From the NCBI GenBank assembly GCA_964016885.1, contig OZ024742.1, positions 209,932,001 through 209,996,000 of the forward strand: a stretch of 64,000 bases of DNA, read 5' to 3'. Made by a program: the position numbers and the translations under genes. Below are positions 11,941 to 24,299 of the stretch, piece by piece; positions within the stretch are counted from its first letter, which is position 1, and every line of letters begins with the position of its first letter. The stretch is from Eledone cirrhosa (taxonomy: Eukaryota). A model generated the notes under the pieces. The model had not been told where the DNA came from, searched no databases, and saw only the letters and a list, made by a program, of their open reading frames with translations.

Positions 11941-14900
11941 ACTTTCTTTATTAACCACGAGGGTTGACATAAAGTATAACATTAAGGACACACAGGACGG
12001 TACAGGAGGGTACAAATGGGTATTTCTGCGTGTAAAGAAAAAAATAATAAGGGAAATGACAAAAAAAGAAACAAAGGAAAATTTCCCAATAGGGGAGGGG
12101 TGGTAGAGACTTCCGAGGGACATTCGTGTTGAAAGCCCATTAAAAAAGCCACGGTCACACTGACCACCAGAGCAACTGCCCTCTCCCAGATTTCCACCTC
12201 CAATTTACAGGCACATACTCAGAGCAGGCCCATTCACTCGCGCCACGCTTGCCTCTCTCACCCATCTTTCAACAAATTGGTCGGAAGAGAGCGCTTCCCT
12301 CTCCACCCTGATTTTCCTTTTCAAAGGAAATTTGAAAACGTTAATCAGGGCATCACCGAAGAGGTAAGTGCTTGTCTTCAGCCCTTTTAAACGCGTCCAC
12401 CACACGTCCTCTTTCAGTATGGCCACCAAGCAGATAAAAATTGCCTGCCCTTTCCGGCTAAAAGAGGGTGGGGGGAGCAATCCTCACGATGGACTCAGAT
12501 GATAGTCGGATCCGTCCTACACGCGACAGCAGATGTTCGACATAAACCCATAAGTCAGCAATGCTCGGACACTGGACGAATGCGTGCAGGACGGTTTCGT
12601 CGCCCTGCGCACATTTCAGACAGGCCCGTCCTACGGCACTTCCATGTCTGTAGAGTTTATCCCGAACTGGCAAAGCTGCCCGGTAGCATTGCCAGGCCAG
12701 GGATTTTTGGAAGTTGTCCATGGGCCCCGGCCCAAAAGTTCTCCCGAAGAGATTGGCTAGTTGATTTTCATCGACGCCCAGAGTCACCGCAAGGACGTCG
12801 TCGCTCTTTCCCTCCACTAATCCTCTATAGAAGGCCAAGGTGGAGTTTCCACCGATCGAATCGCCCGATTTGCCAAAAGACTGAGGGCCTGATGACATTC
12901 CAATCTCCAAGCGCTCCCTCTTGGTCTTCGCTTGACCCATGACTGCTACTCCGACAAGGAGACGAGCTGGCGAAAAACGCGTCTAGCAAACGACGACCAC
13001 ACCTGATCACTGTCGAGGAAGTGGTGGAGATCCCGTAGTCTGAACGCATGCTTGCGCATCATCAGCCAGCGGCATGCCTAGCCCTCCACGTAGCGGGTGT
13101 TGACAGCAGATGGAGCACCTGACCATCGGCGCGCATCCCTTCCACAAAGCGAAAGAGCAAACGCTCCAACGCAGTCAGGTGAGGCTTTCGACAAGGCACG
13201 ACGGTAAGGCGGTAGTAGATGACGAACGCGATATACGCGTTAGCCACCTCCGCTTGACCTTTCAAGGATAGCTTCCTCTCGACCCATTTCTGGGTGAGAG
13301 AAGCCACCCTGCTCGTCACCTCGTCCCAGTTTTTGTCCGTCTGGAGGTCCGGACTATACCAGACCCCTAGCAATTTAACCGGTCCGTCCGTCCAGCGTCC
13401 GACGAAGCTGTTGGATGGCATGGACCTGCCTCTCCAGGTGCCGAGCCACAGGCCCACCGACTTTTCCTGGTTGATCATTGCTCTTGTCACCGACTCATGT
13501 TCTCTTATTGTAGTGCCGATCGCCTTGATGTGTTTGGCGTTCGACACCACTGCAGTGACGTCGTCGGCATTCGCTGACATGGTTCTCTCGCATCCCGTTC
13601 GTGCGGGACCCCCCTCAACGTCTCCAGTTTGTGCGGTAATGGCTCGAGAGTCAATACGTAGAACAGGGACGAGAGGGACATCCTTGTTGAACAGAGGGCA
13701 TGATGTTGAACGGTTCCGAAAGGTGACCGTTCACTCTCACCACAGAGCAGATGTCGCTGTGCTGGGCAGCTATCCAGCCTCTGAAGACGGGCCCGAAGCC
13801 GGCCGCCCTCAGGACCGCCCCCGGATAACGAAGGTTGACCCGATCGAAAGCTTTCGACTGATCTAAGTTCATCAAGACCCCTTCCGTGCCAGGTTCGTTA
13901 GCTACCCTCTCCACGATGTATCGCATGAGGTGGAGGTTGTCGTGGATGGATTTTTCTGGAATGGTGCATGTCTGCGCCTCTTCCACCAGACCACCGACGA
14001 CAGCGCCAATCTCTTTGCTAGCTCCTTGGCCAAAATCTTGAACTCTGCGTTTAGCAGAGTTATGGGCCTGAAATTATCTATCTTGTCCCCCTTGTTCGGG
14101 TCCTTTCTCAGCAGCGCTACCGCTTCTCGGCTCACAGAGCTGGGAATTCTCCCGTTCTGCTGCCAGTTGCAATAGACATCAGCCAAGTGGTCGTCGACCA
14201 AGTCTGGCATGTGTACGTAAAGTTAGTAGGTCAGACCATCCAAACCAGGCGATTTACCCATCGTTCAGTCAGTCATTATTACACGTATTTCAGTGGCTAT
14301 CAGCCTTTCGCAACACTCCGCCTGAGGCCGAGAGCCGCGGCAGTCCGTCGAGATAGGCACTAAAGTCCATCCCGCGATCCGGCCCGCCGCTGCCCCCGAA
14401 CAGCCTTATCTGTTTCCCTATCTAAATACGATCTGGATGACCCGATGCCGTTTGACCATGTCCACATTGGTACATTCGGATAATCCAGTCTATACCTGTC
14501 AGACAGTTCAAAACGTGTGAGCAGGTTGTTGAGGCTTTTACACCCTCCTGTCCTGTCTACTAGCCCCACATAATTCCAGCGTGCATCTAAGATACCGTTC
14601 CAGTCGCCCACTAACACTAAAGGGCGGGACGTTCCAAGAAAGGTCTCTAGACGTCTGAAGATATCTGGCCGTCCTGCCCCTGTTGGGGCGTAGACGGCTA
14701 CTAGCCTGAAAGCATTGCCTTCGCTGCCGGTCACGTCCAGTACCACCGATTTACCTTCTGGGTCCAGGAAGATGGCCCGTATGGCGAGATCCAAGCCTCT
14801 CCGAAAAAGCACGGCAAACCCTTCCCCCCGATCCTGGACAGCTGGGAGATGCGTATACATCATAGCCGCCGAAGATCGGTGCGAAGGCTCGTGCTTCGGA

Positions 14901-16519
14901 GATTCTGGTCTCACTGATGGCCACCACATCTATATTTAGTGACCTGAGGTCGTTGAGCAGGTGACTCTGCTTCCAAGATGACCCCAGACCACGTACATTT
15001 ATACTGCCTATTCTAAATACGGCCATGTTGGATGAGAAACGGGGTAAGTGAGAAAGGATCACTTACCTTAATCGTGTGGTGAAGGGACAGTAGAACCGTC
15101 CCTTTGGCTGGTCATGGGTGTTTCCAAGAGGATGTCGGTGTATATCCTTTTGGTAACCGACCCTCTGAAGTCTCCAACTGCGTTGGGGAATTTTTGTTTT
15201 AAAAGTGTATAGTGTTTTATTTTGATTTCAGTGGTGTTAATGTTTGTCGGGAGAGTTCTTGGTGTTGGTGGGGTGTCGTAGTTTTTTTATGTGGTGTCTG
15301 TGGTGTCTGTGTGCTGTATGTTGTAGGAGTTCTTTATTTTCCATGTTTATGGCTGTGTACTTTGGGGGGGGGGGGGGTGATTTTCTTGCTGTTTTCTTGT
15401 TGTTGCTATTTGGTGTGTGTGTTTTATTGTGTTTGCGATGTTGGTGTTTCTGGTGATGCTGGTGGTTGTGTGGTTATTGTTGATGGTGATGCTTGTGGTG
15501 GTGATGGTGGTGGTGTTGCTGCAGGTCTACTTGCAGCCTTTACCCCTCTTTGTCTGCCTTCACTTTTGGAGGGTAAAGGTAAGGGTTGTTCCTTTTTTGT
15601 TTTTTGTGGCAGACCGTTTGCCACTTCCCTCCCGCCTCATACTCCATGTCAGATTCTGTGGCGTTTGGGAGGGGCATGAGCTCCACTGCTGTTGGTAGTG
15701 GTAGTGGTGCCCGCTCCGGCGATTTTGCCGCTGCTGTAGCTACTGCGACTGTTGGTGTTGCCACCACTGCTGCCGCTGCTTTAGTTGTCAGTGGCCTTGG
15801 TATGGGTGCCACAGCCACGGACGTTGCCCTCCTACTAACCATGGAAGGGTCTTCTCCCTCTGTTGCCTGCCCTGATCTTGGTAGCAGCGGATCAGGCGTC
15901 GGAAGGAGGGGGGTCCTCTTCTTGGCTGTCTTCTGGGGGCAGAAGGCCCTGAGGTGACCATTCTGTCCACAGAGATAGCACTTTGGGCGCCTTCCTTCCA
16001 CGCTTATAGGGTGTTGGAGCTCTTCTTCGAGGTCTATGGTGTCTGTGATGGCCTCGATGCACTCCTGGTCAGTCTGCATTAGCATTTGCATGCCTCTTCC
16101 TGACCAGTTCTCTCTTCCCATTCTCTGTATTTGCAGTATGGTGGTCTTGTCCTCGATTCCAGCCAGTACAGACGCGGCCAGCCAAGGTATTGTCTTGTCG
16201 GGCGGGACTTGGGTCACTTTGACCATCACAATTTTCTGCCCGCAGAAGGAGGGCACCAAGACTATCTCCTCACTCTTTAGGGTTTCCAAAGAGTGAGACT
16301 TCGCCTCTTGGGGTGGCGAAAAGAACGTCTACTGTGGCGTACTTTTTGCCTCGGGTGATGTGGGTTTTGCGCACCCAGACGCACCCCAAGGCCTTTTGGA
16401 TTTGAGCCTCGTGGCTCCCTCCACCCGATGTGAGATTTTGCTTACGGTGCGGTAAGTCACCGTGCGCAGCTGCTAGTCTTTGAAGAAATCGGGTGAAGGT
16501 TTCAGGGAAACTCTATTGC
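11941..16519 (-). mobile_element. degenerate Tx1-like LINE (copy H) with an (ATT)n 3' end
   Basis: ORF1 remnant with EGRRPKCYLCGQNGHLRAFCP. ORF2 fragments read SINVRGL, GDWNG, NFRPITLLN, DQSKAFDRV, ANADD and CLKC..ETVLHAFVQC. The 3' end is AATAAA-gaaagt-(ATT)6, and there is an internal ORF2 deletion near 14410. Confidence 0.9.
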
Positions 16520-17478
16520 CTACAGGCGCATGCCCAGAGTAGGCTCATTCACACGGGCCATTCTAGCCCACATTCACCCACCTTTTAGTAAATGTACTGG
16601 GGGGCAGCACTTCTCTCTCCACCCTCAACTTCCTTTCCAAGTGAAACTTGAAAGAGTTGATGAAGGATTGGCCGAAGAAAAGAGTCTGTCGTCAGTCCTT
16701 TCAACCTTTCCCACCATACAACCTCTTTCGTTACTGCCACCAGACAGAGAAAAATTCCCTACCCTTCCAGGCCAAAAGAAGGCGGCGGGTGGATCTTCAC
16801 TACGGACCCGGCCGATAGCCGGATCCGTTCTACACGCGACAATAGCTGTTTGACATAACACCACAAGTCAGTAATGCAGGGACACTGGACGAGTGCGTGC
16901 AGAACGGTTTCGTCGCTCTGTGCGTATCTCCGTGCCTGTAGAGTTTATCTCGAACCGGCAGTGCCCCACCCCCTTTCCCGGTAGCACTACCAAGCGATGG
17001 ATATTTGGAAGTTATCCACCTTCCCCGACTCACCAACAGAACCTGTCCCCTCCACAAGAATTTGAAGAGGAGCTGTTCCAACTTGGTGAGGCACCGACGG
17101 GACAAGGGACGAAGGTCAGTTGATAATAGATGACGGGCGCGATGTACGCGTTCGCCACCTCCGCCCAACCTTTCAGGCACAGCTACCTCCCGGCTCATTT
17201 CTGGGTTAGAGTGACTACTCTGATCGTGACCTCGTGTCAAATCTTATCCACCTGGAGTTCTGGACCGAACCTAAACTCGAGTAACTTTACCGGTCCGTCC
17301 AGCGCCTAACGATGCTGTTTGACGGCATGGACTTGCCTCTCCATGTCTCGAGCTTCAAGCCCATCGACCTTTCCTGGTTAAATTTCGCTCCCGTCAACCT
17401 TTCATGTTCCTCCAATAAGGTGCCGACCACCTGGATTTCCAAGTTGTCTGACACCATCACAGTGATGTCGTCTGTATA
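16520..17478 (-). mobile_element. Tx1-like ORF2 3' fragment (copy I) with internal deletions
   Basis: Runs from YTDDITV through ALPVRDKLYRHG to the ORF2 stop CTGTAG, then joins directly into ORF1 of copy H. Confidence 0.85.
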
Positions 17479-17671
17479 AGACGACAGCTAGATCCGAACC
17501 CGGATGTAGTTGTCAAAACGGCTGGAGCTCAGCCGTCGGGGTCCTGAATTTTTTCATATTACCCACTCTACTACCCGAAGTATCGAGTACTCTGGTACGT
17601 TATGGTCCACCTGGTATCTTACCACACCTTCTTTGTTATATATATACAGTATATATATATATATATATATA

Positions 17672-18337
17672 TTGAATTCACAAGAATCAAAGTTATGTTT
17701 AAAACATTTATTTGCTGACAATTGTTTCTTCCAAACCTAGGCTTGGGGTCTTCGGGGCATTTTAATGTTTGTACATATAATTGACCTCCTACTCAACCGA
17801 AGAAACATACAGATACATATATATATATATTGAATATATTGTAACTTATGTGATGGATGTGAAAACTGTAAATTTCTTTTTCTGCACACACAAATTTGAA
17901 CTATACGGAAAATATCCTCACATTGCAACCACCATAATGCACTAACATATTCGCTTAAAGTGCCTGTATTTCATGTAATACCTTGCCATAGAGTACTCAT
18001 ATATACATGATACATTTGCTTGTTCCATCCCTTTATATATGACTAACGCATATACTATCTCTTTAATTAAATTATTAGACTATTCTCTTGTATTATCTGT
18101 ATTATCTGTCGCATGTATTCCAACCTATGCTTCTAATCTTGTTTTTAAATTTAATTTTGATTTTAATCTTAATTTGAATTATTGTACAAATATAGTATAA
18201 TATAATATATGTCGCATCAATTCCACACTGTAAACATGAAACTGTTGTACGCAACATCAATATATATATATATGTATCTGTATGTTTCTTCGGTTGAGAT
18301 GTTTTAAACATAACTTTGATTCTTGTGAATTAAATAT
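17672..18337. mobile_element. (TA)n-associated inverted-repeat element, Penelope pLTR-like
   Basis: 17675-17706 and 17792-17820 are inverted relative to 18270-18335. It contains a hammerhead-like motif. Confidence 0.6.
17714..17758 (-). ncRNA. degenerate minimal type-I hammerhead ribozyme motif
   Basis: GCC CCGAAGA [ccCCAAGC-CTAG-GTTTGGaa] GAAAC AATT GTC AGC: palindromic CAATTG loop III and GUC triplet, with mismatches in stems I and II. Confidence 0.55.
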
Positions 18338-18474
18338 TACTGCTCTGTAAAACAACTGATGTTCTTACATTGAGCTATTTATCTTACTGGTAATAAGGTA
18401 GTAATAAATTACTGACCTTCCCTGTTTATAGTTGTTTATAGTATAATATATACATAACTATAAATAGTATCTTG

Positions 18475-18512
<38 letters not shown>

Positions 18513-18782
18513 AAAATATATATATATATATATAAGGGGGTGGTCACTCATATTGGGTAGTTGTGTCCCAAGACCTCCCTGAATATTAAAATTTAGTCAA
18601 TAATTTTTGATATATCATAAATTCCTATGATTTGAAGATCTGTCCGTTCCTCTATAAAAAAATTGTTCGATACAATAAACCGCAAACAACTTCCATATGT
18701 ATTTATATATTTGCGTATATGTGTGTATATGCATGGGTGTTGGAAGCATTTCTACCGCACCCGATATGTATGTATCGTCATC

Positions 18783-18957
18783 ATCGGTAGAGGGTCGGAC
18801 GACATGCTTTCCAGCATAGTTATGTCCCTTTACGACCTGAGTTCAAATCCCGCCGAGGTTGACTATGCCTTTCATCCTTACGGGGTCGATAAAATAAAGT
18901 ACCAGTAATGCACTGGGAAATTGCTGGCCTTGTTCCTAAAGTAGAAACAATTATTAC
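18783..18957 (+). mobile_element. tRNA-derived SINE (family 1), 5'-truncated
   Basis: B box GAGTTCAAATCC, body GCCTTTCATCCTTACGGGGTCGATAAAATAAAGTACCAG and AATTATT tail, shared with other copies. Confidence 0.9.
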
Positions 18958-19079
18958 CATTTTTTGCTGTTCCTGTTGTTGTTTATTTTTATTTTTGATG
19001 TGTGTGTATGTGTATGTATGTAAGTGTTTATGTATTTATGTATGAGTTTATATATACATGGGTATGTATGTGTGAATGC

Positions 19080-19340
19080 ATTCTAGGAGAAGGCAACTCA
19101 GGAAACTGGAATAACTCCGATATAAAACCTGCGGCTCAGTAGTTACCGATGATGTTGATCTTTTCTTCTTTTCGGGTTATAGCTACTGTCGCTCAGAGAG
19201 TGGGATTGGCTCAGTGCACAGTCTTTCCTCACTTTAAAAAATATCGTCACGCGCAGGTATTGCACGATAGCATTAATTGATAATTATTAATAATGGTATA
19301 TCGTGCAATGGCCATACTCGATGCCGAGGGGGCAGCCATC
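19080..19340 (+). mobile_element. diverged bipartite RTE derivative with an (ATGT)n tail
   Basis: TTCTAGGAGAAGG..ACCTGC..GATGTTGA..GAGAGTGGGA..CTCACT matches the RTE 5' UTR. GGCCATACTCGA..GGCAGCCATC-ATGTATGT matches the RTE 3' end. Confidence 0.8.
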
Positions 19341-19395
19341 ATGTATGTATGTATGTATGTATGTATGTATGTATGTATGTATGTATGTATGTGTA

Positions 19396-19667
19396 TATGT
19401 TCTTATAAATGTTTACTTATAGAGAGAGAGTCGGTTTCTAACATAGACGCAAGACTCTTTCATTGGAATTTAGACAATATCAACTAGGTAAAGTGTCTGC
19501 ATGTCTGCATGCGTGCATGTGTGTGTAGGTGTGGATGTTATTGTATGTATGCATGTGCATATGTTTTGTATCTGTACATGTGTATATTTAGTTATTACAT
19601 GCAGACTTTTTGGAATGTGTTACATATTTTTACATTTCCATTAATGGATTGTACTTGTAATTTCGTA
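19396..19667 (-). mobile_element. 3' fragment of the R4/Dong family
   Basis: The reverse complement matches 9717-10010 (TACAAGTACAATCCATTAATGGAA; GTCTATGTTAGAAACCGACTCTCTCT). Confidence 0.88.
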
Positions 19668-20662
19668 AGTATGTATGTATGCATGTATGTATATTTGCAT
19701 GTAGATTATACTTACATGTGTGTATGTTTTATATACTTATTGTATGTATGTGTGAGTGTATATATATATGTCTGTGTATGCGTGTCTGTGTCTGTGTGAT
19801 TGTGCGTACGTGTGTGTACAGGTGTGTATGTGTGGACATGCTCACATATGTAACTATTATAGGTGTTTTCATCTAAAAATGAACTAAATTTTGTTTCTAC
19901 TTTAATTGGCTGTCAATTTCAGAGCATAAATGTTCCTTTCTTTTATTAAGTTTTACAGCAAATGAGCACGATCCATTTACATGTCATTTTTTTTTTTTTT
20001 TTTTGGAGGTGAGTGAATTGTATTCTTAATCCCTGCAAGGCATATTGATAGACTTACTTTTTTTCATATAGATTTGATGGCGGTACTAGTGTTGTGTTTA
20101 TTTCTTCGCATATTTCTTGTTTTAACCGAAAACTGATGAGAGATTTTGCTGATAGAGTTGTCACCTATTACTTGTTGGTCAATCTTTCTCGACTATCCAC
20201 TGTGTAACAATTTTTCGTTCAATATATAGAACATTGATATATTCGTGCCATAAATATAGTCACCTATTACATTTATCTTAATTAAATGTATAGAAAATAT
20301 TAATATTAAGTATTATAAAATAAAGTGAAAATATATGAGTATCGTCATCTAAAGTGTATTTTTTAATTTCCTGTCATTTGAAAATCTGCTCGTATCTGTA
20401 TTGTAAAATTCCGGTATTATATATTTCAAACAACCTCCAGTTTCATCAAAAGATTTGGCTGTACGTTATATGATATATGTATGCAAGTATTCATATATAT
20501 TTTTTTTTTCATTCATTTATTTATATGCTTATATAGCACAAATGTATCTTCATGAACAAAAATACATATACTAACTATATATTATAAACCATTATATGTG
20601 AGTGTATATACACACATGCAATACATATATACACATACATGTATTGCATGTATACATATTGC

Positions 20663-20706
<44 letters not shown>

Positions 20707-20708
<2 letters not shown>

Positions 20709-20890
20709 AATTCATCATTTTACGATCGTTTCTAGGATATATATATAATTTATTTCTGAAGACAGCATATATATGTGTAGGTATGTATATTCCCTCTGAT
20801 AGTTTGTAAAACTTTTACAAAGATCTATATGATATACATACCAACACACACATAGATATCCTAGAAACGATCGTAAAATTATGAATTTTT
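20707..20890. mobile_element. short (TA)n-associated inverted-repeat element
   Basis: ~34-bp arms AAAATTCATCATTTTACGATCGTTTCTAGGATAT / ATATCCTAGAAACGATCGTAAAATTATGAATTTT. Confidence 0.65.
20752..20879 (+). ncRNA. minimal type-I hammerhead ribozyme motif
   Basis: ATTT CTGAAGA [long, imperfect stem II] GAAAC GATC GTA AAAT: palindromic CGATCG loop III, GUA triplet and 4-bp stem I. Confidence 0.6.
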
Positions 20891-20934
20891 TAATATAAGG
20901 AACTGTTTCTTTGTTTTTATTCATTATTTATATA

Positions 20935-21105
20935 TATTTTATTTTATCGACCCCCGTTAGGATGAAAGGCAAAGATATATACATATAATTGTTTCTACTT
21001 TTGGCAGAAGGCCAGCAAATACCCATTTCATTACTGGTACTTTATTTTATCGACCCGGTAAGGATGATTTGAACTCAGACCGTAAAGGGACGTAACTATG
21101 CTGGA
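20935..21105 (-). mobile_element. rearranged partial SINE family 1 copies
   Basis: Reverse complements of the SINE body (ACTGGTACTTTATTTTATCGACCC; GATTTGAACTCAGA). Confidence 0.8.
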
Positions 21106-21460
21106 AATACATATAATGGTTTATAATATATAATTAAGATGCGTATTTTTGTTCATAACGATACATTTGTGTGTGTGTTTGTTGCGACGTGCGTGTGATA
21201 GTGTACATCGGAAGTGTTTGCGAGTGTGCATATGTTTTTGCCTATTTTGATGTGAGAGCATAATAAAAGACGTGACTGGGAACATAGAAACCTCTGCCCT
21301 CCGTCTGCCATAGAATCCATTAAAAGAAATAACTGGGATTGGTTATACCGTTTGTTGTTATTAAACTAAACGTTTGAGCTTGTGATGTGAATATTGGTCA
21401 CGTCTGTTTGATGTCGAAACCTCAGAACTTTGTTAAAAGGAGTAATCACATTGACGCATG

Positions 21461-21516
<56 letters not shown>

Positions 21517-21645
21517 TATATACATACATACATACACACACACATATATATATATATATGCACATATATATATGTGCGTATCTCTCTCTATATATATATA
21601 TCTATTGGTGAACAACAAAACGTAAATGAATATATATGTATATAC

Positions 21646-21679
<34 letters not shown>

Positions 21680-21680
21680 G

Positions 21681-21711
<31 letters not shown>

Positions 21712-21844
21712 GTGTGTGTATATATATTTATATGTATGTATATATGTGTATATATATATATGTGTATATATATATATGTGTATATATATATATATATGTG
21801 TGTATATATATATATATATGTATGTATATGTATATGTGTATATA

Positions 21845-21907
<63 letters not shown>

Positions 21908-21958
21908 GTGTATATATATATATATGTATATATATATATGTGTATATATATATATGTG

Positions 21959-22009
<51 letters not shown>

Positions 22010-22052
22010 GTATATATATATATGTGTATATATATATGTGTATATATATATG

Positions 22053-22143
<91 letters not shown>

Positions 22144-22166
22144 GTATATATGTATATATATATGTA

Positions 22167-22241
<75 letters not shown>

Positions 22242-22268
22242 GTATATATATATGTATATATGTATGTG

Positions 22269-22316
<48 letters not shown>

Positions 22317-22403
22317 AATGTATATATATATGTATATATATTATATATATATATTTATATATATATATATGTATATATTTATATATATATATATGTATAT
22401 ATT

Positions 22404-22434
<31 letters not shown>

Positions 22435-22473
22435 ATGTATATATTTATATATATATATATATTTATATATATT

Positions 22474-22531
<58 letters not shown>

Positions 22532-22534
22532 CAC

Positions 22535-22607
<73 letters not shown>

Positions 22608-22610
22608 CAC

Positions 22611-22641
<31 letters not shown>

Positions 22642-22646
22642 TACAC

Positions 22647-22677
<31 letters not shown>

Positions 22678-22682
22678 TACAC

Positions 22683-22715
<33 letters not shown>

Positions 22716-22768
22716 TATATATATGTATATATATTTATATATATATTTATATATATATATATATACAC

Positions 22769-22815
<47 letters not shown>

Positions 22816-22841
22816 TATATATATGTATGTCTATATATATA

Positions 22842-22923
<82 letters not shown>
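21461..22923. repeat. compound microsatellite: (CT)n(CA)n, a ~1.25-kb interrupted (TA)n tract, then (GA)n
   Basis: Direct inspection; it is the source of the long spurious YIYI ORFs. Confidence 0.97.
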
Positions 22924-22926
<3 letters not shown>

Positions 22927-23163
22927 GGGAGAAAGTGAAAGCGAGAGAGAAAGAGAGAATGAGACGTACATAACATTTTCTGTCTCTTAGATGCAAGGAA
23001 ATATTTTGCACTTCATTCTGAAGTTTCCAATTCCATAACTATTCATACATAAGATAGGACAACGACAACAGCAAGAATAACAACAATAACTGGACATTTA
23101 AATGGCATTGGCAATAATGGCAACAACACTGGTGATGTTGTTGTTGATGATGATGGTGAGGAT

Positions 23164-23410
23164 GAGAAGAAGAAGAAGAAGAAGAAGAAGAAGAAGAAGA
23201 AGAAGAAGAAGAAGAAGAAGAAGAAGAAGAAGAAGAAGGGTGATGGGTGGGGGTTGAGGAGAATGGGGATGGGCGGGCAGGAGGAGGGGGAGTGGAGGAG
23301 GAAGGAGTGGGACAGGAGGAGAAGGAAGCGGGGGAGCAGGAGTAGGTGGTGGTGGTGGTGGTGGTGGTGGTGGTGGTGGTGGTGGAGGAGGAGGAGGGGA
23401 GGGGGAGAGG
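23164..23410. repeat. (GAA)n, (GGT)n and (GGA)n purine-rich tract
   Basis: Direct inspection. Confidence 0.95.
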
Positions 23411-23566
23411 ATGAGTTAAGAGAGAAAGTAAAAAAGAAGAAATATGATAATCATGGATGTTGATATTTGCTGGCCATGGTGATGTAGGTTAATGCTCGAG
23501 ATTTAAGCCGCTTATGAATACAATCATAAACAGAATAGATAAATTAAATATATATAATAAACTTGA

Positions 23567-23685
23567 AGGCGCGTGAATTAGCGGTTAGAGAACCGGATTG
23601 GCAATTGTGAGGTTGTGAGTGCGATTCCAGGACCGAGCGATGCGTTGTCATTGGGCAAGGCACTTTATTTCACGTTACTCTTTCT
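23567..23685 (+). mobile_element. old tRNA-headed CORE-like SINE
   Basis: A/B-box-like head (TAGCGGTTAG; GAGTGCGATTCC) followed by GCGTTGTCATTGGGCAAGGCACTTT, which resembles a CORE domain. Confidence 0.65.
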
Positions 23686-24214
23686 GCCAGGAGTTGCGAA
23701 CTGTAGATAGTATCAGCAACGGAAGAACCAATAGAAACATTGTTTCCTCGGTTCTATTTGATGAGTTCCACCCTATTCCGTAAGCGAATGAGATCCGGGA
23801 TCTTGTCGATCGAATCCTAAAATAGACTTGATACAATGAACACATACACACCACCTGTACACACACTCTATCTTCAGTTTAAGAAATAGTTCTAAATATA
23901 TATTTTTTTAATCAGTATGTTCCGTACTATGTGTGTATATATATAGGGTAAAATATTGGTGTAATACAATTAGAGAACTCAACGTCCACAAAGGAATGAC
24001 GGAGTATTCACTTCAATTTTGGATTACCTCCTGATTGTAACCTTATTTAAGAAGTTGTCTAATGTGATCATGGCAGTGGGTACTACGCAGAACCGCATGG
24101 CCACTGTCGTCATCGAAATATGTATCAGGGCCTTATCAATAAAGTAGTTTAACATCTAAACTACTTTGTATTTCCTTATTCTATATGTGCATGTATATGT
24201 ACATATATATATGT

Positions 24215-24292
<78 letters not shown>

Positions 24293-24299
<7 letters not shown>

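Noticed and set aside
21430-23011. Long 430-460 aa ORFs
   Set aside because: Stop-free translations of (TA)n/(TG)n repeats (YIYI, CVCV); not genes. The same applies to the YLSI, MYVC and THTH ORFs elsewhere.
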